Below are positions 48,567-64,000 of a stretch of 64,000 bases of DNA, one piece after another. Every line of letters begins with the position of its first letter. Within the stretch, counting starts at the first letter, position 1. Position numbers and translations under genes: made by a program. Source of the DNA: an uncultured Gemmatimonadales bacterium (lineage in GTDB: Bacteria; Gemmatimonadota; Gemmatimonadetes; Longimicrobiales; RSA9); NCBI GenBank assembly GCA_963816355.1, contig CAWFKH010000003.1, forward strand, positions 1,600,001 through 1,664,000, in the 5' to 3' direction. The notes beneath the pieces were generated by a model. The model saw only the letters and a program-made list of their open reading frames with translations. It ran no database searches and had not been told where the DNA came from.

Positions 48567-49187
48567 TCACGCCTTCCGGATCGTCACGAGACTGTTGCGC
48601 GCGCCGGGCACGGGGCCGCGGACGAAGACGAGATTGTGCTCGACGTCGACGCGGACCACGCGCACGTTGCGCAGCGTCTGGCGCTGGTTGCCCATCTGCC
48701 CCGGCAGCTTCTTTCCCTTGATCACGCGCGAGGGGTTCGTGCCGGGCCCGAGCGAGCCGGGATTGCGCGACTTCGGGTGACCGTGCGAGCCGGGGCGGCC
48801 GACGAAGCCGTGGCGCTTGACCACGCCCTGGAAGCCCTTTCCCTTGGTCGTCCCGCTCACCACGACGCGGTCTCCGGGCTCGAACTGCCCCACGTCGAGC
48901 GACTGCCCCAGCTCGTAGCCGCCGACGTCCTCGAGCCGGAACTCGCGCACCGCGCGCGGCGCCTGCTCGAGACCCGCCTTCGCGGCGTGGCCCCGCTCGG
49001 CGCGCGTCGAGCGCCGCTCCTTCTTCGCGCCCCAGCCGAGCTGAACGGCGACGTAGCCGTCGCTCTCCTCGGTCTTCACCTGGGTCACCACGCAGGGACC
49101 GGCCTCGATGACGGTGACCGGGACGACATCGCCCGTTTCGCCGAACACCTGCGTCATCCCCACCTTGCGTCCGATGATCGCTGCCAT
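48567..49187 (-). CDS. rplC: 50S ribosomal protein L3
   Basis: GRKVGMTQ, KGKGFQGVVKRH, PGQMGN, GPVPG. Confidence 0.98.
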   Translation of the reverse strand: MAAIIGRKVGMTQVFGETGDVVPVTVIEAGPCVVTQVKTEESDGYVAVQLGWGAKKERRSTRAERGHAAKAGLEQAPRAVREFRLEDVGGYELGQSLDVGQFEPGDRVVVSGTTKGKGFQGVVKRHGFVGRPGSHGHPKSRNPGSLGPGTNPSRVIKGKKLPGQMGNQRQTLRNVRVVRVDVEHNLVFVRGPVPGARNSLVTIRKA

Positions 49188-49193
49188 GATCGC

Positions 49194-49505
49194 TCAGTCC
49201 ACCTTGATCTCGACCTCGACACCGGCCGGCAGATCGAGCTTGGTGAGAGCGTCGATCGTCTGCGGCCGCGAATCGATGATGTCGATCACGCGTTTGTGCG
49301 TCTTCAGCTCGAACTGCTCGCGGCTCTTCTTGTCGATGTGCGGCGAGCGGAGCACGGTCCACCGCTGCACCCGCGTCGGCAGAGGGATCGGCCCGCTGAT
49401 GCGCGCCCCCGTCTTCTCCGCGGTGCGCACGATGTCGGAGGCGGTCTGGTCGATCACCGCGTGATCGAACGCCTTCAGCCGGATGCGGATCTTGCCTTTA
49501 GCCAT
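49194..49505 (-). CDS. rpsJ: 30S ribosomal protein S10
   Basis: [30 protein letters not shown]. Confidence 0.98.
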   Translation of the reverse strand: MAKGKIRIRLKAFDHAVIDQTASDIVRTAEKTGARISGPIPLPTRVQRWTVLRSPHIDKKSREQFELKTHKRVIDIIDSRPQTIDALTKLDLPAGVEVEIKVD

Positions 49506-49512
49506 GCCGCTC

Positions 49513-50706
<1,194 letters not shown>

Positions 50707-50736
50707 GGTCGCTCCCCCTGAAGTGACGCGCCCGAA

Positions 50737-52833
<2,097 letters not shown>

Positions 52834-52850
52834 CGTATCCCTTCAGCGAC

Positions 52851-53321
52851 TCACCACCGGTAATGCGCGAAGGCCTTGTTGGCCTCCGCCATCCGGTGGA
52901 CGTCGTCCTTCCTCTTGATCGCGCTGCCCTCGTTGCGGGCCGCCGCGAGCAGCTCGTTGGCAAGCCGCTCTGCCATCGATTTTTCGCTTCGCTGGCGTGA
53001 AAACGTCACGAGCCACTTGAACGCCAGGGACTGCCGCCGCTCCGGCCGCACCTCGACCGGCACCTGATAGGTGGCGCCGCCGACGCGGCGGCTCTTCACC
53101 TCGAGCGACGGCTTCGCGTTGTTCACCGCCTGCTTGAACACGTTGAGCGCCGGCTGCCCGGTCTTCTCCTCGATCGTGCGCATCGCCTCGAAGAAGATGC
53201 GCTCCGCGACCGATTTCTTGCCCTCGAGCATCAGCACGTTGATGAACTTGCTGACGGTCGTCGAACCGTACTGGGGGTCGGGCGGGATCTCCCGCTTTAC
53301 CGCACGCTGGCGTCTGCTCAT
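52851..53321 (-). CDS. rpsG: 30S ribosomal protein S7
   Basis: [27 protein letters not shown]. Confidence 0.98.
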   Translation of the reverse strand: MSRRQRAVKREIPPDPQYGSTTVSKFINVLMLEGKKSVAERIFFEAMRTIEEKTGQPALNVFKQAVNNAKPSLEVKSRRVGGATYQVPVEVRPERRQSLAFKWLVTFSRQRSEKSMAERLANELLAAARNEGSAIKRKDDVHRMAEANKAFAHYRW

Positions 53322-53324
53322 CGC

Positions 53325-53696
53325 TTACTTCGGCCTCTTCGCGCCGTACTTGGAGCGCCCCTGGCGACGGTCCGAGACGCCGCTCGCGTCGAGCGTTCCG
53401 CGGATGATGTGGTAGCGCACGCCCGGCAGGTCCTTCACGCGGCCGCCCCGGATCAGGACGATCGAGTGCTCCTGCAGGTTGTGGCCTTCGCCCGGAATGT
53501 AGGCGGTCACCTCGATGCCGTTCGTCAGCCGCACGCGCGCGACCTTGCGCAGCGCCGAGTTCGGCTTCTTCGGCGTCGTCGTGTACACGCGCGTGCACAC
53601 GCCGCGCTTCTGAGGATTGCCCTCGAGCGCCGGCGCCTTCTCCTTCTTCTCGACCTGCTGGCGTCCCTTGCGGACGAGCTGGTTGATTGTCGGCAT
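53325..53696 (-). CDS. rpsL: 30S ribosomal protein S12
   Basis: [27 protein letters not shown]. Confidence 0.99.
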   Translation of the reverse strand: MPTINQLVRKGRQQVEKKEKAPALEGNPQKRGVCTRVYTTTPKKPNSALRKVARVRLTNGIEVTAYIPGEGHNLQEHSIVLIRGGRVKDLPGVRYHIIRGTLDASGVSDRRQGRSKYGAKRPK

Positions 53697-53723
53697 GCCT
53701 GACCCGCGTTGTGGTTCCCAGCG

Positions 53724-53753
53724 AAAAAACGCGGGGACGCTACCGGTCCCCGC
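53724..53753 (-). terminator. Terminator-like hairpin inside the rpsL leader
   Basis: GCGGGGAC-CGGTAGC-GTCCCCGC followed by GTTTTTT, downstream of the predicted str promoter. Confidence 0.65.
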
Positions 53754-53788
53754 CGGGCCGGCCAAAAAGGTGACCGGACAGACTAGCA

Positions 53789-53817
53789 AAGGTATGGTTG
53801 GGGCCGAGAACTGTCAA
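53789..53817 (-). promoter_or_regulatory. sigma70 promoter of the str operon
   Basis: TTGACA-N17-TACCTT. Confidence 0.8.
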
Positions 53818-53836
53818 GCCGTGCCGGGAGACAAGC

Positions 53837-53980
53837 GAGGGGGCGGAGAGCGCGGAGGGGAGGGGGCGGAAGGAGCGCGGAGGGGAGGGGGCGGAAGGAG
53901 CGCGGAGGGGAGGGGGCGGAAGGAGCGCGGAGGGAGGGGGCGGAGGAGCGCGGAGGGGAGGGGGCGGAGCGAACGGAGGG
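53837..53980. repeat. G-rich 23-25 bp tandem repeat x6 (GAGGGGGCGGAAGGAGCGCGGAGGG)
   Basis: Units at 53837, 53860, 53885, 53910, 53934, 53958; no T on the plus strand. Confidence 0.92.
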
Positions 53981-53994
53981 ACTTGTCGGAGGGT

Positions 53995-54200
53995 CGGAGG
54001 ACACGGAGGGTTCGAGGGGTGGCCGAACGGCGCGTGGCGTGGGCGACGAGGCGGAATGGGGCGAGCTTCAGCGGCGGAACGGCATCGCGGCCGAGCGATG
54101 ATCGCCGGCACCACGCGGGATGCCGGCGACCACCGTGAACCAACGATCCGGCGCCGGCCCCCCGCAGCTACCGGCGCCCCCAGACCCTCCGTGTCCTCCG
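53995..54200. repeat. 17-bp perfect inverted repeat pair enclosing 172 bp
   Basis: CGGAGGACACGGAGGGT (53995-54011) and ACCCTCCGTGTCCTCCG (54184-54200). Confidence 0.85.
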
Positions 54201-54284
54201 CCTCTCCGCTGCTTCCGTGACGAGCCGTTCCTCCGCGCCCTCCGCCTCCTCCGAGGCCCGCGGCGCCCGCGAGGCCCCTCCCTA

Positions 54285-57200
54285 CTACGCCTCGGCGCCC
54301 TCCCCCGCGGTCTCGCGCAGCCCTGGGAAGAGCTGTTCCGCGCGGGTGGCGAGGGTGTCCTCGCGGGTGGGCGGAACGGGCTCCTCGATGAGGAACTCGA
54401 CGTCGCTGTAGCGATAGACGCCGCTGCCGGCCGGGATGAGGTGGCCGATGATGATGTTCTCCTTGAGCCCGATCAGGTCGTCGCGCGAGCCGCGGACGGC
54501 GGCGTCGGTCAGCACGCGAGTGGTCTCCTGGAAGGAGGCGGCGCTGATGAACGACTGCGTGGTCAGGCTGGCCTTGGTGATGCCGAGGAGGAGCGGCTCG
54601 GAGCGGGCCGGCTTGCCGCCGCCGGTCATCCTGCGCTGGTTCTCCTCGCGGAACTCCATGCGGTCGACGTTCTCGCCCTCGAGGAAGTCGGTTTCGCCGG
54701 GGTCCGTGATGCGGACCTTCTGCAGCATCTGGCGCACGATGGTGCCGATATGCTTGTCGTTGATCTTGACGCCCTGGAGGCGGTAGACCTCCTGGACCTC
54801 GTTGAGGAGGTACTCCTGGACGGCCCGCGGCCCCTTGATGCGCAGGATGTCGTGCGGGTTGACGGGGCCCTCGCTCAAGCGGTCGCCGGCGCGCACGGCA
54901 TCGCCCTCGTGGACGCGCAGGTGCTTGCCGACCGGGACCTCGTAGGTGCGCTCCTCGCCCGCCTCCGGAATGACGACGATCTCGCGCTTGCCGCGCTTGA
55001 TGTCGCCGAAGCGGACGGTGCCGTCGATCTCGGTGATGACCGCCGGATCCTTCGGCCGCCGCGCCTCGAAGAGCTCCGCGACGCGAGGCAGGCCGCCGGT
55101 GATGTCGCGGGTCTTGTACACCTCGCGGCTGATCTTCGCGAGGGTGCCGCCCGGCTCCACGGTATCGCCGTCGTGGACGGTGAGCTGCGCGCCCACCGGC
55201 ACGATGAACTCGCGCAGCTTCTTGCCGCTCTTGGGGTCCTTGATCTGGATCATCGGGTGGAGCTTCTTCTCGCGGTCCTCGATGATCACGAGCTGACGGC
55301 GGCCGGTCGACTCGTCGAGTTCCTCGCGGACGGTGACCTCTTCGACGATGTCGACGAACTCCACCTGGCCGCCGAAGTCGGCGACGATCGGCTCGGAGTA
55401 GGGATCCCAGCCGAAGAGCAGGTCGCCGGCCTCGACCTCCTGAGCGTCCTCGACGGCGAGCGAGGCGCCGTAAGGCACCGCCAGGCGACTGCGGACCGTG
55501 CCCTCGCGCGTCTTCATCACGATCTCGCCCTCACGGCTCGTGACGATGCGCTCCTGCGACGGTGTCTCGACGAAGGTGATGCGCTCGAAGTCGATGGCGC
55601 CGTCGACCTTCGACTTGCGCTGCGTCTGCGCGGCGATGCGCGCCGCCGTGCCGCCGATGTGGAAGGTGCGCAGCGTGAGCTGCGTGCCCGGCTCACCGAT
55701 CGACTGGGCGGCGAGGATGCCGACCGCCTCGCCGATGTCGACCGGCTTCATGGTGGCGAGGTTGCGGCCGTAGCACATGCGGCACACGCCTCGCTTCGCC
55801 TCGCACGTGAGGACGCTGCGGATGCGCACCGTCTGGATGCCAGCGTCCTCGATCGCCTCCGCCGCCTCCTCGTCGATGATCTCGCCCGCCTCGACGATCA
55901 GCTCGCCGTCGATCGGGTCGTAGACGTCGTCGAGCGCGACGTTGCCGACGATGCGGTCCTTGAGCGGCTCGATGATGTCCTCGCCCTCCTTGAGCGCGGC
56001 CATGTCGATGCCGAGCACGGTGCCGCAATCCTCGTCGGTGACGGTCACGTCCTGCGCCACGTCGACGAGGCGGCGCGTGAGGTAGCCGGCGTCAGCGGTC
56101 TTGAGCGCGGTGTCGGCGAGGCCCTTCCGCGCGCCGTGCGTCGAGATGAAGTACTCGAGCACGGTGAGGCCCTCGCGGAAGTTCGACTTGATCGGGCTCT
56201 CGATGATCTCGCCGATGCCGCCGGTGAGCTTCTTCTGCGGCTTCGCCATGAGACCGCGCATGCCGGCGAGCTGCCGCATCTGGTCGCGGTTCCCGCGCGC
56301 GCCCGAGTTCATCATCATGAACACCGGGTTGAAGCCGCCGCTGGAGCGCTCGAGGCGCCGCACCATGGCGTCGGCGACGTCGTTGTTCGCGTGCGTCCAG
56401 GTATCGATGACCTTGTTGTAGCGCTCGCCGTTGGAGATGACGCCGTTCTGGTAGGCGCGCGTGAAGCGGGCCACCTCCTCGTCGGCGTCGGCGAGGATCT
56501 CGACCTTCTCGCTCGGGATCTCGAGGTCGACGAGGCCGACGGAGATGCCGCCGAAGGTGGAGTAGCGGAAGCCGAAGTCCTTGAGCGCGTCGAGGAACGC
56601 GGTGGTCGGGCCGAGGCCCACCTCCGTGTACGCCTTGAAGATGATGTCGCCGAGCTCCTTCTTGCCCATCGTCTGATTCCAGAAGCCGAGGGCGGCGGGC
56701 ACGACCGAGTTGAAGATGACGCGCCCGATGGTGGTGCGGAGCCAGCGGCCGCGGCGCACCTGCTCGTCGTCCTCGACCTCGCCGAGGCGGTGGCGCTCGA
56801 CCCAGAACCAGCACGGCGTGTGGAAGCCGACGTGGCCGAGCGCGAGCGCGGCTTCCGCCTCCGCGAAGCGGCCGTAGCGCGGCGCGCCGGCGTAGATCGC
56901 GTCCAGCTTGACGGTCGCCTCCTCGCGGCGATCCTTGGACAGGCGCGCCTGGTTGAGCGCGTCCTCGAGGTCGGCGACGTGGAGCGGCGGCTTGGTCAGG
57001 TAGTAGCAGCCGATCACCATGTCCTGCGTCGGGCTGGCCACCGGCCGGCCGTTCGAAGGCAGCAGGATGTTGTTCGACGACAGCATGAGCACGCGGGCCT
57101 CGAGTTGCGCCTCGAAGCTGAGCGGCACGTGGACCGCCATCTGGTCGCCGTCGAAGTCCGCGTTGAAGGCGGCGCAGACGAGCGGGTGGATGCGGATCGC

Positions 57201-58604
57201 CTTCCCCTCGACGAGCACGGGCTCGAACGCCTGGATGCCGAGGCGGTGCAGCGTCGGGGCGCGGTTGAGCAGCACCGGATGATCGCGGATGATGTGCTCG
57301 AGCACCTCGTAGACCTTCGGGTCGTCGCGCTCGACGATCTTCTTGGCGCGCTTCACCGTCTCGGCCTCGCCGCGCTTCTCCAGCTCGTGGATGATGAACG
57401 GCTTGAAGAGCTCGACCGCCATCGCCTTCGGCAGGCCGCACTGGTGCAGCTTCAGCTCCGGACCGACGACGATCACCGAGCGGCCCGAGTAGTCGACGCG
57501 CTTGCCGAGCAGGTTCTGACGGAAGCGCCCCTGCTTCCCCTTGAGCATGTCGGAGAGCGACTTGAGCGGACGCTTGCCGCGGCCGCGGATCGCCTTGCTG
57601 CGCCGGCCGTTGTCGAAGAGGGCGTCGACGGCCTCCTGCAGCATGCGCTTCTCGTTGCGCAGGATCACCTCCGGCGCGCGCATCTCGATCAGCTTCTTGA
57701 GCCGGTTGTTGCGGTTGATGACGCGCCGGTACAGGTCGTTCAGGTCACTGGTCGCGAAGCGGCCGCCGTCGAGCGGGACGAGCGGGCGCAGGTCCGGCGG
57801 GATGACCGGGACGACGTCCATGATCATCCATTCCGGCTTGTTGCGGCTCTCCGGCGAAGTCCCGGAGTTGCGGAAGGCATCGATCACCTTGAGTCGCTTC
57901 AGCTTCTGCTTCTTGCGGTGCTGGCTCGTCTCGTTGGCGACCTCGATGCGGAGCTGGTCGGCGAGGCGGTCGAGGCCCTTGCCGTCCTTGTTCGGGTCCT
58001 TGAGCTGACGGTCGCTCGTGTCGAGCTGGCGCAGCAGCGTGCGCACGCCTTCGGCGCCGATCTCCGCCTTGAAGACGTTGTCCTCCTCGTCGCGCGCCTT
58101 GACGCGCAGATCGTAGTACTCGTCCTCGTCGAGGAGCTGCTGGTACTCGACCTCCTGGCGACCCGGATGGGTGACCACGTAGTTCGCGTAGTAGACCACC
58201 TTCTCGAGGTCACGCAGCGTCATGCCGAGCAGGTAGCCCATCTGCGACGGCAGCGTCTTGAAGAACCAGATGTGGGCGACCGGCACCGCGAGCTCGATGT
58301 GGCCCATGCGCTCGCGCCGCACCTTCGAGAGCGTGACCTCCACGCCGCACTTGTCGCAGATGTGGCCGCGGAAGCGGATGCGCTTGAACTTGCCGCAGTG
58401 GCACTCCCAGTCCTTGACGGGACCGAAGATGCGCTCGCAGAAGAGCCCGTCGCGCTCCGGCTTGAAGGAGCGGTAGTTGATCGTCTCCGGCTTGGTGACC
58501 TCGCCGTACGACCAGCTCCGGATCTCCTCGGGCGAGGCGATCTTGAGCTGGATGAAGTCGAAGTCACTGGATCGTGGCTCGCGAGCGCGTGCGAAATCGA
58601 TCAT
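54285..58604 (-). CDS. rpoC: RNA polymerase beta-prime subunit
   Basis: Zn ribbon [33 protein letters not shown]. Confidence 0.99.
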   Translation of the reverse strand: MIDFARAREPRSSDFDFIQLKIASPEEIRSWSYGEVTKPETINYRSFKPERDGLFCERIFGPVKDWECHCGKFKRIRFRGHICDKCGVEVTLSKVRRERMGHIELAVPVAHIWFFKTLPSQMGYLLGMTLRDLEKVVYYANYVVTHPGRQEVEYQQLLDEDEYYDLRVKARDEEDNVFKAEIGAEGVRTLLRQLDTSDRQLKDPNKDGKGLDRLADQLRIEVANETSQHRKKQKLKRLKVIDAFRNSGTSPESRNKPEWMIMDVVPVIPPDLRPLVPLDGGRFATSDLNDLYRRVINRNNRLKKLIEMRAPEVILRNEKRMLQEAVDALFDNGRRSKAIRGRGKRPLKSLSDMLKGKQGRFRQNLLGKRVDYSGRSVIVVGPELKLHQCGLPKAMAVELFKPFIIHELEKRGEAETVKRAKKIVERDDPKVYEVLEHIIRDHPVLLNRAPTLHRLGIQAFEPVLVEGKAIRIHPLVCAAFNADFDGDQMAVHVPLSFEAQLEARVLMLSSNNILLPSNGRPVASPTQDMVIGCYYLTKPPLHVADLEDALNQARLSKDRREEATVKLDAIYAGAPRYGRFAEAEAALALGHVGFHTPCWFWVERHRLGEVEDDEQVRRGRWLRTTIGRVIFNSVVPAALGFWNQTMGKKELGDIIFKAYTEVGLGPTTAFLDALKDFGFRYSTFGGISVGLVDLEIPSEKVEILADADEEVARFTRAYQNGVISNGERYNKVIDTWTHANNDVADAMVRRLERSSGGFNPVFMMMNSGARGNRDQMRQLAGMRGLMAKPQKKLTGGIGEIIESPIKSNFREGLTVLEYFISTHGARKGLADTALKTADAGYLTRRLVDVAQDVTVTDEDCGTVLGIDMAALKEGEDIIEPLKDRIVGNVALDDVYDPIDGELIVEAGEIIDEEAAEAIEDAGIQTVRIRSVLTCEAKRGVCRMCYGRNLATMKPVDIGEAVGILAAQSIGEPGTQLTLRTFHIGGTAARIAAQTQRKSKVDGAIDFERITFVETPSQERIVTSREGEIVMKTREGTVRSRLAVPYGASLAVEDAQEVEAGDLLFGWDPYSEPIVADFGGQVEFVDIVEEVTVREELDESTGRRQLVIIEDREKKLHPMIQIKDPKSGKKLREFIVPVGAQLTVHDGDTVEPGGTLAKISREVYKTRDITGGLPRVAELFEARRPKDPAVITEIDGTVRFGDIKRGKREIVVIPEAGEERTYEVPVGKHLRVHEGDAVRAGDRLSEGPVNPHDILRIKGPRAVQEYLLNEVQEVYRLQGVKINDKHIGTIVRQMLQKVRITDPGETDFLEGENVDRMEFREENQRRMTGGGKPARSEPLLLGITKASLTTQSFISAASFQETTRVLTDAAVRGSRDDLIGLKENIIIGHLIPAGSGVYRYSDVEFLIEEPVPPTREDTLATRAEQLFPGLRETAGEGAEA

Positions 58605-58606
58605 GT

Positions 58607-62833
<4,227 letters not shown>

Positions 62834-63097
62834 GAGTGGACTCCTCCCTCGGGCCCTGGACGAAAGCGACAGGCACGGCAGGAGCCCGACCGCGCCCGAG
62901 GGGCAGCGGCGGGCTCTGTACCTTCGCTCGATTGTCGCGCAGCTGTGTGGTGATTCGACGGCGCATCACGCGCACCCCACCGGCTGAAGTCTCGGTCTCC
63001 GCCTCGTTTCGTCCGACGCGCGGCGGCTCTCATCGCGCCGCCCGCTCCGCCGGACCCCGCGCACGCGGCGTCCGCCGCGCGCGCTCGCGGAGCCGAG

Positions 63098-63469
63098 CTA
63101 CTTCAGCTCGACGGTCGCGCCCTGCTCCTCGAGCTTCGCCTTGATCTGCTCCGCCTCGTCCTTCGAGACGCCCTCCTTCACGGTGGAGGGGGCGCCGTCG
63201 ACGAGGTCCTTGGCCTCCTTCAGGCCGAGGCTCGTGACCTCGCGGACGACCTTGATCACCTGGATCTTCTTGGAGCCGATCTCCTTGAGCCGGACGTCGA
63301 ACTCCGTCTGCTCCTCGGCGGCGGCCGGCGCGGCGCCGGGCGCGGCCGCCGCGGGGGCGGCGACGGCGGCGGTGACGTTGAACTTTTCCTTGAATGCCTC
63401 AACGAAATCCGCCAGCTCCATCACCGTCATGTTGCCAATGGTGTCGAGCAGCTCTTCCTTCGTAGCCAT
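63098..63469 (-). CDS. rplL: 50S ribosomal protein L7/L12
   Basis: [27 protein letters not shown]. Confidence 0.98.
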   Translation of the reverse strand: MATKEELLDTIGNMTVMELADFVEAFKEKFNVTAAVAAPAAAAPGAAPAAAEEQTEFDVRLKEIGSKKIQVIKVVREVTSLGLKEAKDLVDGAPSTVKEGVSKDEAEQIKAKLEEQGATVELK

Positions 63470-63506
63470 GTCCGTGCTTCCCTCGTGTTATGGAGATGGG
63501 TGGTGT

Positions 63507-64000
63507 TTACGCCTGATCCCGTTGAGCGTGGAGCGCGTCGAGCAGTCCGGCGAGCTCCGTCAGGTGCGCCTGGAGCACCCAGGCGAGCTGCGCGAGCGGC
63601 GCCTGCAACGCGCCGGCGAGCTCGGCGAGCAACTGGTCGCGCGGCGGCAGCTTCGCGAGCCGCCCGACCTGGTCGGTGCTCATGCGGCGCTGCTCGACCA
63701 CGCCCACCTTGACGGCGGGCTTCTGGTCGTGGGCGCCGGCGAACTCGTCGAGCACCTTCGCGGCAGTGACGGCATCCTCGCGACCGATGACGAGGCCGGT
63801 CGGGCCGTTGAAGAACTCGGCGATGTCGGGCAGATCGAGGCCGCCGAGCGCGCGCAGCGCGAGCGTGTTCTTGACCACCAGGTACTCGACGCCGGCGGTG
63901 CGCAGGCGCGCGCGCAGGTCGGTCATGCTCTTGACGTCGAGCCCGGTGAAGTCGGTGAGGAAGAAGGCGGTGGCGCCCCCCAGCCGCTCCGCCAGCTCGT
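63507..64000 (-). CDS. rplJ: 50S ribosomal protein L10 (5' end beyond window)
   Basis: Frame stays open upstream of the track ATG (TDFTGLDV), VVKNTL, GPT, LAKLP; precedes rplL. Confidence 0.95.
   Translation of the reverse strand, partial: ELAERLGGATAFFLTDFTGLDVKSMTDLRARLRTAGVEYLVVKNTLALRALGGLDLPDIAEFFNGPTGLVIGREDAVTAAKVLDEFAGAHDQKPAVKVGVVEQRRMSTDQVGRLAKLPPRDQLLAELAGALQAPLAQLAWVLQAHLTELAGLLDALHAQRDQA

Noticed and set aside
53697..54284. Protein-coding ORFs in the rpoC-rpsL gap
   Set aside because: Translations are low-complexity products of the repeats with no SD or domain signal
63000..63040. Hammerhead-like GAUGA...GAAAC on the minus strand of the rplL-rpoB spacer
   Set aside because: Core reads GCGAUGA rather than CUGAUGA and no stem II can be formed

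Overview
GC-rich bacterial core-genome window. Gene content and protein style suggest Gemmatimonadota or a related FCB-group lineage (inference, not searched). Almost all genes lie on the minus strand. The right half is the transcription/translation supercluster rplJ(partial)-rplL-rpoB-rpoC, then rpsL-rpsG-fusA-tuf-S10-spc-secY-adk-map, then rpmJ-rpsM-rpsK-rpsD-rpoA-rplQ, extended by an unknown membrane protein and rpmB and closed by a strong terminator. The left half interleaves envelope genes (tolQRAB-pal-cpoB, bamD, secA, TPR and LysM proteins), tetrapyrrole genes (hemA, ccsA/hemX-like, hemB, cobA-hemD), nucleotide-sugar genes (ugd, uxs, epimerase, WbpA/WbpE/WbpI-like, CpsB-like phosphatase), tsaE-tsaB-rimI, uvrB, relA/spoT, radC, ssb and nadD. 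I found no rRNA, tRNA, CRISPR array, integrase or transposase, and I cannot support a clearly new multi-gene system. The best leads are: a terminator/alternative-helix switch in the rpsL leader; a G-rich tandem array and inverted-repeat element between rpoC and rpsL; a 21-bp hairpin array upstream of secA; an unknown gene inside the alpha operon; an ssb-LysM (TsaP-like) module; a dispersed Wbp-like sugar pathway; an epimerase remnant beside the inverted uxs gene; and absence of infA from its usual slot. Several start codons were re-picked relative to the ORF track using Shine-Dalgarno motifs, overlaps and family N-termini. All homology calls come from motif recognition, not database searches.
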